A stretch of DNA of 64,000 nucleotides from positions 96,001-160,000 of IMG/VR virus record IMGVR_UViG_3300032323_001387, one strand, 5' to 3'. The notes under the pieces are model-generated. The model was given only the letters and a program-made list of their open reading frames with translations, did not search any database and had not been told where the DNA came from. The translations under genes and the position numbers were made by a program. This DNA comes from a virus. How positions within the stretch are numbered: the first letter of the stretch is position 1; each line of letters starts with the position of its first letter. Positions 44,915 through 54,326 of the stretch are shown here, piece by piece.

Positions 44915-46366
44915 ATGACAGTTTGTACAATACATATAAAAGATGAAGTTAATATTAAAATTAGCGGATTAGAAACAGCTACTAGGCGCAGGTTAGAAAA
45001 AGAATTGAAGTTTTTCATGCCATATGCAAGGCATACACCAGCTTATAAACTAGGACGCTGGGATGGCTGTGTTGGTTTCTTTACACTAGGCGGCGCCAGC
45101 TTTTTTAATTTACTAGATAAGATTCTACCAGTAATTGTTGATGAAGGTTATTCAGTTGAGATTGATGATCAAAGGCAACAGCATGACTTCAAGTTTGTTG
45201 AAGTAAATGAAACAACACATGAACAAACAATCTGGCCCAAAGGGCACGTTAACGAAGGCAATCCAGTACTGCTACGTGACTATCAGATTGATGCCATCAA
45301 CAAGTTTTTAACTAATCTACAATGCGTACAAGAGATTAGTACAGGCGCCGGTAAAACAATTACAACTGCCACATTGAGTAAAAGTGTGGAAAGTTATGGT
45401 AGAACATTGGTCATTGTTCCTAACAAAGACCTAGTCAAGCAAACATTAGAAGATTATGAATTACTTGGCCTGGACGTTGGTGTTTACTTTGGCGATAAAA
45501 AAGAACTAGGTAAGACACATACTATTTGTACATGGCAAAGTCTTAACAGTGTACAAAAGAGATTTAAAGAAGGCGAAAGCCCAATCAGCTTGGAAGAGTT
45601 CAGCGAAGACTTAGTGGCAATCATTGTTGACGAAGTTCACCAAGCCAAAGCAGACGTACTTAAAGCATTGTTAAGTGGTCCTTTCTCCAATGTTCCTATC
45701 CGTTGGGGTTTAACTGGAACTATTCCTAAAGAAGATTTTGAGCAACTAGGCTTGGTTGCATGTATTGGTCCAGTGGTAAATAAGATAGCTGCCAAAGACT
45801 TACAAGCCAAAGGAGTGTTGGCAAATTGCTTGGTTAATGTACTGCAATTACAGGACACAGTATCATATAATACATATCAAGAAGAACTAACATACCTGAC
45901 TACCAACGTTAAACGTGTAGACTTCATTGCTGAGTTTGTTAGTAAACTTTCAGAATCGGGAAATACGTTAGTCTTAGTTGATCGAGTTAAAAGCGGCGAA
46001 ATGTTAGTAGAGCGTTTACCTGACAGTATTTTTGTCAGTGGTGCAATGAAAACAACAGATAGAAAAGAGCAGTATGACGAAGTTAAAACAGCTACTAATA
46101 AGATCATTGTGGCTACCTATGGTGTTGCCGCTGTGGGCATTAATATCCCTAGGATTTTTAATCTGGTTCTTTTGGAACCCGGGAAAAGCTTTGTCCGCGT
46201 TATTCAAAGTATTGGACGTGGCATAAGAAAAGCAGAAGACAAAGATCACGTGGAGATTTGGGACGTGACAAGTAGCGCAAAGTTTAGTAAACGACATCTT
46301 ACTACACGAAAGAAATACTATGATGATGCAGGCTATCCGTATCAAGTACAAAAGGTAAAATACTAA
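44915..46366 (+). CDS. uvsW: SF2 helicase UvsW
   Basis: WDG, LRDYQ, TGAGKT, DEVH, GLTGT, QSIGRG.R; start at 44915. Confidence 0.93.
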   Translation: MTVCTIHIKDEVNIKISGLETATRRRLEKELKFFMPYARHTPAYKLGRWDGCVGFFTLGGASFFNLLDKILPVIVDEGYSVEIDDQRQQHDFKFVEVNETTHEQTIWPKGHVNEGNPVLLRDYQIDAINKFLTNLQCVQEISTGAGKTITTATLSKSVESYGRTLVIVPNKDLVKQTLEDYELLGLDVGVYFGDKKELGKTHTICTWQSLNSVQKRFKEGESPISLEEFSEDLVAIIVDEVHQAKADVLKALLSGPFSNVPIRWGLTGTIPKEDFEQLGLVACIGPVVNKIAAKDLQAKGVLANCLVNVLQLQDTVSYNTYQEELTYLTTNVKRVDFIAEFVSKLSESGNTLVLVDRVKSGEMLVERLPDSIFVSGAMKTTDRKEQYDEVKTATNKIIVATYGVAAVGINIPRIFNLVLLEPGKSFVRVIQSIGRGIRKAEDKDHVEIWDVTSSAKFSKRHLTTRKKYYDDAGYPYQVQKVKY

Positions 46367-46866
46367 TGAATATATTAACAGTAGACAATAAAGCATTTGA
46401 ATTGAATTCTTTGCCGGAAGAGGTAGATGATTTACGATATGCAGTTCTTGATTGGAATGATCCTAAGAACGTAGATTATCATTTTGTGCCTTTGATCTTT
46501 ATGGAAACATTCCATGCGCCTGCCGCAGTACTAAAGATTGGCGAGCATGTTATTCAAGTGCCTTTGGATTGGTATGTAGTCATAGGTGAAAAGGATCACG
46601 GAGACCCTGAGATTGTTCCTATTATGAATATCAATGACAGAGGCTTTAGTGCATTTACTTTTAATCCCATTAGTAGTTTTAGATTAGACTTCCAGCCATT
46701 GGAAATTATCAATGTGTTTCAAGATATTCGGTGGTATACCCCAAAACTTAAACATGGACACATTCTAGCAGTGCCATTAGACAACAGCGATAAACCTCAA
46801 TGTGCTTATTTTGTCAAGGAAACAAATAAACTTCCGGAAGTTTTAGCCATTGAAAAGATGTATTAA
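46366..46866 (+). CDS. Hypothetical protein (possible degenerate Hint-like beta fold)
   Basis: 166 aa beta-rich ORF coupled to uvsW. Confidence 0.7.
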   Translation: MNILTVDNKAFELNSLPEEVDDLRYAVLDWNDPKNVDYHFVPLIFMETFHAPAAVLKIGEHVIQVPLDWYVVIGEKDHGDPEIVPIMNINDRGFSAFTFNPISSFRLDFQPLEIINVFQDIRWYTPKLKHGHILAVPLDNSDKPQCAYFVKETNKLPEVLAIEKMY

Positions 46867-46883
46867 AGAGTGTATAATATAGT

Positions 46884-47372
46884 ATGGCAACTAAAGCACC
46901 AATGTTAGATATGTTCAAGCGAGTATTGCCCGCGGCAGATACTAGGAACAAAGATTTTTACGAGCAACTCAGCGATGAGGAAAAGAAAGGATTTAGTCCT
47001 TGGCTTATCCAACGCTATTTAAGTAGTGCAGAAAGTGCCACGCCTGAAATGATTGAGCATTATCTTATAATGACCAACGAGTTAGTTAACACAGATTACA
47101 GTACCATTAAGGATCATCCAGAGCTAATGTGGAAATTAATGAGCATGGTTGGTGTTGGCAAATCAATGAAGCATCCATATGTTGCTCCTGGTAAAGGTAA
47201 AAAGAAAAAAGGTAATGCATTTAAATTGTGGCTACATGAACAATATCCGCATCTTAACGAGCAAGAAGTAGAAGTATGGTTCAACATGTTTACAAAAGAA
47301 CAAGCCAAAGACATGTTGGAACAATATCAAGTTAAAGACAAAGATGTTATCGCTGGTGCAAATGACTTATAA
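46884..47372 (+). CDS. Putative clamp-loader small subunit (gp62-like)
   Basis: FSPWLIQRYLS...NE.VN resembles the gp62 F.P...NR.LS region; promoter TTGAAA-17-TATAAT at 46850-46878. Confidence 0.5.
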   Translation: MATKAPMLDMFKRVLPAADTRNKDFYEQLSDEEKKGFSPWLIQRYLSSAESATPEMIEHYLIMTNELVNTDYSTIKDHPELMWKLMSMVGVGKSMKHPYVAPGKGKKKKGNAFKLWLHEQYPHLNEQEVEVWFNMFTKEQAKDMLEQYQVKDKDVIAGANDL

Positions 47373-48042
47373 GTGTAAATTTTGTAATAAAGATTTTGCT
47401 AGGGAAAGTACGCTGATATCGCATATGTGCGAGAAAAAGCGTAGGATGAATGCCAAAGATGACAAGCAAAATCGCATTGCATATCAAAGTTGGTTAATCT
47501 ATAGAAAGACAATGATTGCCAACGTTAAGCATGACAAGCCCTACGATGACTTCATCCACGACAGATACTACATGTCTTTTATGAAGTTAGCCAAGCATAT
47601 CATTGATTTGAATTTGGACAAACCCGAAGAGTTTGTCAAGTTTATATTAAAGAATAGCGTTAAAATAGATGACTGGTGTAAGGCAGTTGTCTATGAAACT
47701 TATGTTAAAGATAGAACCAAAAAAGAAACTGTAGAACGAGCAATTGAGCGAAGTGTGTTAAATATGAAAGCATGGGCAGAAAAGACAGGCTTTGAATGGG
47801 AAGATTATTTTCAACGAGTTAGCACGCCAGAAGCAGTACAAGACATTAGAATGGGACGTATTAGTCCTTGGTGTACATTTGCCACAGATCAAGGCAGTAG
47901 ACTTATTGATAGATTTGAACCCGGTCAGATACAGCAACTAATCGAATATATCGAACCCCAGAGTTGGCGTGTCAAAGTTAAGAGACAACAGCAGGATGCT
48001 GATTGGGTGCAACAAGTTTTTAACGAAGCGAGGATACAATGA
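47362..48042 (+). CDS. C2H2-like Zn-finger protein
   Basis: YKCKFCNKDFARESTLISHMC at the N-terminus. Confidence 0.7.
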   Translation: MTYKCKFCNKDFARESTLISHMCEKKRRMNAKDDKQNRIAYQSWLIYRKTMIANVKHDKPYDDFIHDRYYMSFMKLAKHIIDLNLDKPEEFVKFILKNSVKIDDWCKAVVYETYVKDRTKKETVERAIERSVLNMKAWAEKTGFEWEDYFQRVSTPEAVQDIRMGRISPWCTFATDQGSRLIDRFEPGQIQQLIEYIEPQSWRVKVKRQQQDADWVQQVFNEARIQ

Positions 48043-48287
48043 ACCAGTACAGTGAAAAGAGAAGAGTTCCTAGACTCTTACAAAGCCAACAATCTACTAA
48101 GGCTAGTTTTCAAATGCTCAACGGCATGGCAGAGTTTACCATAGATGGCGAGCGTGTAAGTATGCCCACAGCAGAAGCATTTCAACGTTTACTTAAAAAA
48201 GTTGCTGTTCTAGAACAACGATTAGCTGTCACTGATAATAAGGCTGCTACTGCATCTAGAGTAGCAAGGTCCAAGAATGAAAGATAA
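48039..48287 (+). CDS. Hypothetical protein
   Basis: 82 aa; overlaps its neighbours. Confidence 0.6.
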   Translation: MNQYSEKRRVPRLLQSQQSTKASFQMLNGMAEFTIDGERVSMPTAEAFQRLLKKVAVLEQRLAVTDNKAATASRVARSKNER

Positions 48288-48504
48288 AGAAGAGCAAGTA
48301 CTCGAAGTTTATAAAGAAACTTTAATTATGATTGATAAGTTAATTGCAGATCACGATCCTTTGGTAATAGCAGGAGTCATGATGGCGCAGTCAATGAGTC
48401 TATATAGAAGTACGTTAAGTGAAGAAGACTATACTAGTGTAGTTGAATCTATTCTAGAAAAGAAAGACAAAGTCTATACATTTACATCGAGGAATTTACA
48501 TTGA
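48277..48504 (+). CDS. Hypothetical protein
   Basis: 75 aa helical ORF. Confidence 0.6.
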   Translation: MKDKEEQVLEVYKETLIMIDKLIADHDPLVIAGVMMAQSMSLYRSTLSEEDYTSVVESILEKKDKVYTFTSRNLH

Positions 48505-49064
48505 GCACAGACGTTGACATTGACTTTGCTGACAGGGAACAGATATTAAAATTGCTTGACTATACTCCGGCAATGATTAAAGATGGTCAAAAAGAAAAGA
48601 AACACAATACAGGCGTGTACTTTCATAACGCACCTGTAAATCCGTTTACTGGTTTGGCCACTATAGATTATAAAAGTGCCGAAGAAATGGGCTGGTTTAA
48701 AATTGACTTGCTTAATGTTGGTATCTATAATGACTTTGACAGCAACGAGCAGATTGATAGTTTATTGGCCAAAGAACCAATGTGGGAGTTATTGGAACAT
48801 AAAGAAGTTATAGAACAACTGTTTCATATTCACAATCATGCTGACACTGTTATACGAATGAAACCCAGAAGTGTAGAACAACTAGCCATGGTTTTGGCCT
48901 GTATTCGTCCTGGAAAGAAACATTTAATAGGACAAAGTTGGAGTGAGATTGAGCGAGAAGTATGGACTAAGACTGATGATACTTATAGCTTTAAGCACAG
49001 TCACGCTATTGGGTACGCTATGGCAATTATATTGCAAATGAACAAGCTAAGTTACAGCTTTTGA
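48501..49064 (+). CDS. Minimal DNA polymerase III alpha (DnaE)-like catalytic core
   Basis: DVDIDF, H.TGV, FKIDLL, LACIRPG, YSFKHSHAIGYA in DnaE order; TTG start with GAGG SD. Confidence 0.85.
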   Translation: MSTDVDIDFADREQILKLLDYTPAMIKDGQKEKKHNTGVYFHNAPVNPFTGLATIDYKSAEEMGWFKIDLLNVGIYNDFDSNEQIDSLLAKEPMWELLEHKEVIEQLFHIHNHADTVIRMKPRSVEQLAMVLACIRPGKKHLIGQSWSEIEREVWTKTDDTYSFKHSHAIGYAMAIILQMNKLSYSF

Positions 49065-49420
49065 ACTAGTTGAATTTGGCGCCTTTTAATTCTTTTTGTT
49101 ATAATATTTTGTAAACTAACTGCTTCGCCATGCAGTATTTCAAAATCTTTGACATTGTACGTTCGTAAGCTATAACTAAACTTTTTAAACTTTGGCCCTA
49201 TGACTAAATTTATGGGCAAGCTACGATTACTTTGCCACCACCATTCTTCGCCCATTTCTAAGAATTCCTGTTTGTCTTCGGTGCAAGTAAGCACATTATA
49301 GACATATACGCTGGCCAGAGTACTGGTATAGTTTTGTATAATTCCTAAAATTTCTTCTTCCCCAGCCATGCATAGACTTAAGAAGGGGAACTTTTCTAAT
49401 ATTTCTTTATGGTCTGCCAT
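49052..49420 (-). CDS. Hypothetical late protein
   Basis: FPFLS, GIIQN, GEEWWWQSNR..PIN; TAAATA 6 nt upstream. Confidence 0.7.
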   Translation of the reverse strand: MADHKEILEKFPFLSLCMAGEEEILGIIQNYTSTLASVYVYNVLTCTEDKQEFLEMGEEWWWQSNRSLPINLVIGPKFKKFSYSLRTYNVKDFEILHGEAVSLQNIITKRIKRRQIQLVQKL

Positions 49421-49472
49421 CGGTAATATTTAGCACCGAATTCATTTCAATTAAATTTAAATAAATATAGCT

Positions 49473-50255
49473 ATGAGCGACACATTCACATTATTAAGCT
49501 ATCCGCAACGCAGTATATTGATATATGCAGAAGGACATAGCAGGACACAAAACATGCCATTCAATACCACACGAAAAACAATCTATAAAGGTGTAGATAG
49601 TACCTTAGGATTTGATGTTAAAAATCAAGACCGAAAGCCAGTAAATTTACTGGGCAAAGATATTATGGTCAACATCATGCAAGTTAGAACAGGAGAACTT
49701 GTAGTGCAACGCAGGGCAATGGCAGTAGAACCAGAATCTGGATTTTGTGAATTTACAGTATTCAGCAGTGACTTGGTTGATTTAGATCCAGGCATATATC
49801 AATTAAGTGCTGTAGTCTATGAAGCGGACGGCCGCGCTAAGAGTTTGTACACTGACCATAATCGTAGAGTTACTATGGAACTTGAAGTAAGTGATGGGGC
49901 TTATCCAAAATACCTACCAAGTGTTGGTCTAACATTTACACAATTAGGCAGCAGTTGGGTCAGCCAACCTATCGCTAGTAATTTACAAAAGAATGACAGT
50001 AGCACATTGCATACCATTCAAATTGGCGTTACTAACTATACTGGCATCATTGAAGCACTTGTTAGTTTGGAATACGACAGTGGCGGAAATTATTTCCCAG
50101 TTAGATTCGTCAATGATAAATTCCAAATCGAATTCGACGGAGCAACTGATATTCAAGGTTGGAACTTTATAGCAGACGCTCGTTGGGTGAAGATAGTATA
50201 CACTCCTTCAAATACGAACACAGGAACAGTTGACAAAGTACTATATAGAAGTTAA
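49473..50255 (+). CDS. Probable structural protein (BppU-N-like beta domain)
   Basis: IYKG.D..L.F.VKN.DRKPV.L...DL.PG.Y; late promoter upstream. Confidence 0.55.
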   Translation: MSDTFTLLSYPQRSILIYAEGHSRTQNMPFNTTRKTIYKGVDSTLGFDVKNQDRKPVNLLGKDIMVNIMQVRTGELVVQRRAMAVEPESGFCEFTVFSSDLVDLDPGIYQLSAVVYEADGRAKSLYTDHNRRVTMELEVSDGAYPKYLPSVGLTFTQLGSSWVSQPIASNLQKNDSSTLHTIQIGVTNYTGIIEALVSLEYDSGGNYFPVRFVNDKFQIEFDGATDIQGWNFIADARWVKIVYTPSNTNTGTVDKVLYRS

Positions 50256-50267
50256 AATTGTAGGGTC

Positions 50268-51239
50268 ATGATGGCCTTACAAACTTTACTTAGAAGCAGA
50301 ATACACGGACATGCTAGCCCAAAAGGCTGGGTTAGTTTCAATTGTCCTATGTGTGTTGTCAACGGACAAGCTCGTCCAGATACAAAGCGCCGCGGCGGAG
50401 TCTTGTTTAGTCCTGACGGCAGCGTCGCATACCAATGCTTTAATTGTCAATACAAAACAGGTTGGAGCCCGGGCTGGACATTAGGCTTCAGAATGCGTAA
50501 GTTGATGCGACAACTTGGCTTCGATGAAGCCGAAGTTCAAAGACTTGCATTAGAATTATTAAGCCAAGCAGATGTAGAAAGCTTAGTCAAACGAGAACCC
50601 GATCCTGTATGGACTCCGGATTGGCCAGAATTTAACTTTGATTTTAATGTTAAGCAACTAGAAGATCCTAATAAAATTGCATATTTGCAAGACAGGCAAA
50701 TTTATGATCTAGCAACATGGTTAGAAACAGATGACGGATATGCCGGGTTGAATAACAGGGTTATATTGCCCTTCACTTATCAAAATAAAATTGTAGGGTT
50801 CCAAAGTAGGTATGTAGGGCAAGTGCCCGAGAAGCTGGCAAAGTATTTTAAAAAGAGTCCTGCTAACTATGTATATGGTCTAGATCATCAAACAGATAAG
50901 CAAGAGTATGTAATTGTTACAGAAGGTGAATTTGATGCACTGCTGACTAGGGGAGTATCTTTGGGCAGTAATAATTTAAGCGACCGCCAGGCGCAACTGA
51001 TAGAAGACTTAAATATAGAACCTATACTATTACCAGACGCTGACAAGCCAGGCAGGGAATTAGTAGAAAAAGCCGCAGACTATGGATGGAGTGTTAGCTT
51101 TCCTGAGTGGGAAGGTTGTAAAGACGCCGGTGACGCTGTGATGAAATACGGTAGACTATTTACAGTGTATAGCATATTGCAGGCAGCAGAACACAGTCCA
51201 ACAAAAATTAGATTAATGGGAAAGAAATATTGTCAATGA
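50268..51239 (+). CDS. gp61: DNA primase (gp61-like)
   Basis: Zn ribbon CPMC...CFNC; TOPRIM VTEGEFDA, PDAD..G, KD.GD; promoter TTGACA-17-TAAAAT at 50230-50258. Confidence 0.9.
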   Translation: MMALQTLLRSRIHGHASPKGWVSFNCPMCVVNGQARPDTKRRGGVLFSPDGSVAYQCFNCQYKTGWSPGWTLGFRMRKLMRQLGFDEAEVQRLALELLSQADVESLVKREPDPVWTPDWPEFNFDFNVKQLEDPNKIAYLQDRQIYDLATWLETDDGYAGLNNRVILPFTYQNKIVGFQSRYVGQVPEKLAKYFKKSPANYVYGLDHQTDKQEYVIVTEGEFDALLTRGVSLGSNNLSDRQAQLIEDLNIEPILLPDADKPGRELVEKAADYGWSVSFPEWEGCKDAGDAVMKYGRLFTVYSILQAAEHSPTKIRLMGKKYCQ

Positions 51240-52690
51240 GTAATGAAGTAAAAGAATACAGTGCAGACTTGCAAAAGTTATTTTTAGAGTTTTTAGTCAG
51301 TGATAAAGAACTACTGAGTCGTTGCCAAAACGTTTTAGAAGGCAGTTACTTTACTAGAAGTTTGCAGGCAACAGCAGAGTTTATTAAAGAGTATGCCAGT
51401 AAGTACAGCGATTGTCCCACAGTAGATCAAATTAAAGCAGTAACTGATACAGAACTCAGAGTTATTCCTGGAGAAGCTGCCAGTCATAAAGAATGGTTCT
51501 TAACGGAGTTTGAACAGTTTGCTAGACATAAAGCATTAGAGAAGGCTATTCTTAAAAGTGCTGACTTGCTGGACAAACAACGTTATGGCGAAGTTGAAAA
51601 ACTAATTAAAGACGCTAGCAATATTGGCTTGCCCAAGAGCTTTGGTACAGACTATTATGCAGACCCAATGGGTCGATTAATGTTGCTGAAGAATCAAAAC
51701 GGTGGCACTAGTACTGGTTGGAAGACCATTGACGAAAAACTATATGGCGGTTTTAACAGAGGCGAACTTAATATCTTTGCAGGAGGTTCTGGCGCAGGTA
51801 AGAGTTTGTTCTTACAAAACTTGGCATTGAATTGGAGTTTGCAAGGACTCAATGGCGTTTACTTTAGTCTGGAACTTAGTGAAGGACTATGTAGTATGCG
51901 TATGGACGCTATGCTTATGGGAATTGCAACTAAAGAGATTTATAAAAATATCGATGACGTTGATTTGCAGATTAGGATGAAAGGTAAGAAAGCTGGTAAG
52001 TTGCAGATTGTACAACTTACTGCGGGTATTACTGTTAACGATTTGAAGTCTTGGATTAAAGAATTCCAAATCCAGCACAATAATAAGATTGACTTTGTTG
52101 TAGTTGACTACTTGGATTTGATGACACCTGTATCTGTTAAGATCTCAGCAGAGAATACATTTATCAAAGACAAGTATGTATCAGAAGAACTTAGGGCAAT
52201 GGCAGTGCAAGGTGGCTATTTGTTCTGCACAGCCAGTCAGTTGAATCGAGGTGCTGTTGAAAGTGTTGAATTTGATCACAGTCACATTAGTGGTGGTTTA
52301 AGTAAGATTCAAACTGCTGATAACGTTATTGGTATTTTTAACAGCATTACAATGCGCGAGCGAGGAAGAGTACAATTACAATTCATGAAGACACGTTCGA
52401 GTAGTGCTGTAGGTACAAAGATAGAATTAGATTTCAATACTACTAGTTTGCGTATCACTGATTTGGATGAAGATAGTCCAGAAGTTCCTACTACAACCGA
52501 TGTAATGTTTAATCAATTGAGGCGCAAAGCAGAGACTCCAAGTACTGGTAATTCAGGTGGGGAATCTGGACCATTGGATGTAACTAAAGCACCATGGGCA
52601 AACTCAACTGACAAAAAGAATGAGCCCAAAATCCCTATTAGGACTATGGACTCAAGTAGTAAGTTAGCTAGTATTCTTAAAAAGAGTTAA
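51236..52690 (+). CDS. gp41: Replicative DnaB-like helicase (gp41-like)
   Basis: AGGSGAGKS, SLEL, VVDYLDL, ASQLNR, MKTR. Confidence 0.94.
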   Translation: MSNEVKEYSADLQKLFLEFLVSDKELLSRCQNVLEGSYFTRSLQATAEFIKEYASKYSDCPTVDQIKAVTDTELRVIPGEAASHKEWFLTEFEQFARHKALEKAILKSADLLDKQRYGEVEKLIKDASNIGLPKSFGTDYYADPMGRLMLLKNQNGGTSTGWKTIDEKLYGGFNRGELNIFAGGSGAGKSLFLQNLALNWSLQGLNGVYFSLELSEGLCSMRMDAMLMGIATKEIYKNIDDVDLQIRMKGKKAGKLQIVQLTAGITVNDLKSWIKEFQIQHNNKIDFVVVDYLDLMTPVSVKISAENTFIKDKYVSEELRAMAVQGGYLFCTASQLNRGAVESVEFDHSHISGGLSKIQTADNVIGIFNSITMRERGRVQLQFMKTRSSSAVGTKIELDFNTTSLRITDLDEDSPEVPTTTDVMFNQLRRKAETPSTGNSGGESGPLDVTKAPWANSTDKKNEPKIPIRTMDSSSKLASILKKS

Positions 52691-53178
52691 TTAGTTTTCA
52701 TATCACGCATACCAGCTACAGGTGATGCAGTACCAGGGGCTCCTACTTCAGGAGCCTTTGTTGTTTGTGGAGCAGCGCCGCTTGGAAATGCTTCGCCGCC
52801 GGCATCGGCTTGATCTTGGGCTTGTGCATCCTTGTTCAAATCACTTTTTAAACGCTGGAATAGTGTAGTATCCTCGGCTACATAACTCAATATTGTTTCT
52901 AGTAAATCCATTAAAGCAGTCATTTGCTTTAAATTTGGACGATGATTCATATACATTGATCGAACACCTGTTCGCAAATCATTGTAATGTTCTTCGCCTA
53001 CTGCGTCTTTGATAGCAGCCAAACGCATCATAGTGCGTGAAAAACTATTTTGGTCGATCTCTTTGCCGCTGGCATCCATTTCTGGATCGTGACGTACTGT
53101 ATCGCCGATATCTTCTTCGATAGCTCTTAGTTTGTTCAATACTGAACTCATGTCAAAATTAGTGCTTGAAAATGTCAT
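52687..53178 (-). CDS. Hypothetical late protein
   Basis: 163 aa with SD and TAAATA on the minus strand. Confidence 0.7.
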   Translation of the reverse strand: MTFSSTNFDMSSVLNKLRAIEEDIGDTVRHDPEMDASGKEIDQNSFSRTMMRLAAIKDAVGEEHYNDLRTGVRSMYMNHRPNLKQMTALMDLLETILSYVAEDTTLFQRLKSDLNKDAQAQDQADAGGEAFPSGAAPQTTKAPEVGAPGTASPVAGMRDMKTN

Positions 53179-53233
53179 ATTAATTCCCTCTTAAGATTAT
53201 TTATCTTAGATAAATATTTGATAAGGAATTAAT
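53179..53233. promoter_or_regulatory. Symmetric divergent late promoter pair
   Basis: TATTTATCT-t-AGATAAATA (53198-53216) flanked by ATTAATTCC / GGAATTAAT. Confidence 0.75.
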
Positions 53234-53234
53234 T

Positions 53235-53495
53235 GTGCGTAAGCAAACTAAATCAATATTAGAAGAAATTACAAATATCGTGCCGCAGCGTGATAAGGAA
53301 AGCTTTGTGGAAAATAAAGCCATCAATGTCATTGCCAGCACCAAATACCTTGTTGAATACATACAAGAGAATTTCAATAAAGACCAAAGCGATGATTTGC
53401 TTAAAAGGCTATTTAATAGTCTAAAGACAGGGGATGAAAGCAAGTTTCGCAGAGGCATTAAACAAATAAAAGAATCAAAACATGGAACAATTTGA
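53235..53495 (+). CDS. Hypothetical protein
   Basis: GTG start, AGGA SD, 86 aa. Confidence 0.7.
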   Translation: MRKQTKSILEEITNIVPQRDKESFVENKAINVIASTKYLVEYIQENFNKDQSDDLLKRLFNSLKTGDESKFRRGIKQIKESKHGTI

Positions 53496-54270
53496 AGATT
53501 TACAAGCATGGGATTTAATGGTAGAAAGCCGCCAATATAGAGCTAGCGGCGCCCGTGGATTAAATCTAAGAAACGTTGCAGATTTTGCATTTTTAGATTT
53601 GCTATCTTTGTTTATATTACATAATGAATATGAAACAGCACCAATAGCAGCCAAATACGCGGATTCTACAATAAGTTATAGAAACTTTGCCAAAGCTAGA
53701 TTAAGTGGCACAGACTTATATGTTAGTATGAACATATTAAGTGATCCAACTAGTATATTCAGTTCTAAAATTGCACAGAACGCAGATGCCGATGCGATAT
53801 TGCGAGGAAAATTAAAAGTAAATCTTCCCACAGTAAAACGCTATTTAGATATGCTAGCAGACGGTACAATAACAAAAGACGATGCCGCAACATTATTTTT
53901 ACGTTTGGAAAAACAGTTAAACATTACTGACAGTAAATTAAGAAGTATTCGTAGATTAGTCCAAGATTGGCCTGGACTTAATACCATGCAACGTGAACTA
54001 GCCACAACAAAAATGCTACAGTATTATAAAAAATTTGCCAAGCGCAGTGAAATGTCAGTGTTCTTAAGTGACTTGGCCAAGGGCAAGGGTTATGAAATGC
54101 GTGGTGGTATTGATGCCGAATTATCTAATTTAGGATACACTGGCAGCAGCTCCAAAGGCGCAGACCGCCATGACAAGCACGATAAACACGGTCCATCATG
54201 GTCAAAAATAGCCAGCGATTTAATGCCAGCAGCGGGATTTTATGCGGGATACAAGCTAGGTAAACGCTAA
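53482..54270 (+). CDS. Hypothetical (probable head) protein
   Basis: 262 aa; MVE|SR possible protease site. Confidence 0.65.
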   Translation: MEQFEDLQAWDLMVESRQYRASGARGLNLRNVADFAFLDLLSLFILHNEYETAPIAAKYADSTISYRNFAKARLSGTDLYVSMNILSDPTSIFSSKIAQNADADAILRGKLKVNLPTVKRYLDMLADGTITKDDAATLFLRLEKQLNITDSKLRSIRRLVQDWPGLNTMQRELATTKMLQYYKKFAKRSEMSVFLSDLAKGKGYEMRGGIDAELSNLGYTGSSSKGADRHDKHDKHGPSWSKIASDLMPAAGFYAGYKLGKR

Positions 54271-54326
54271 AAGAAGATAAATAAATACAAGAAACTTAGT
54301 GTTTCGAACAATTAAAGGAGTCTATT

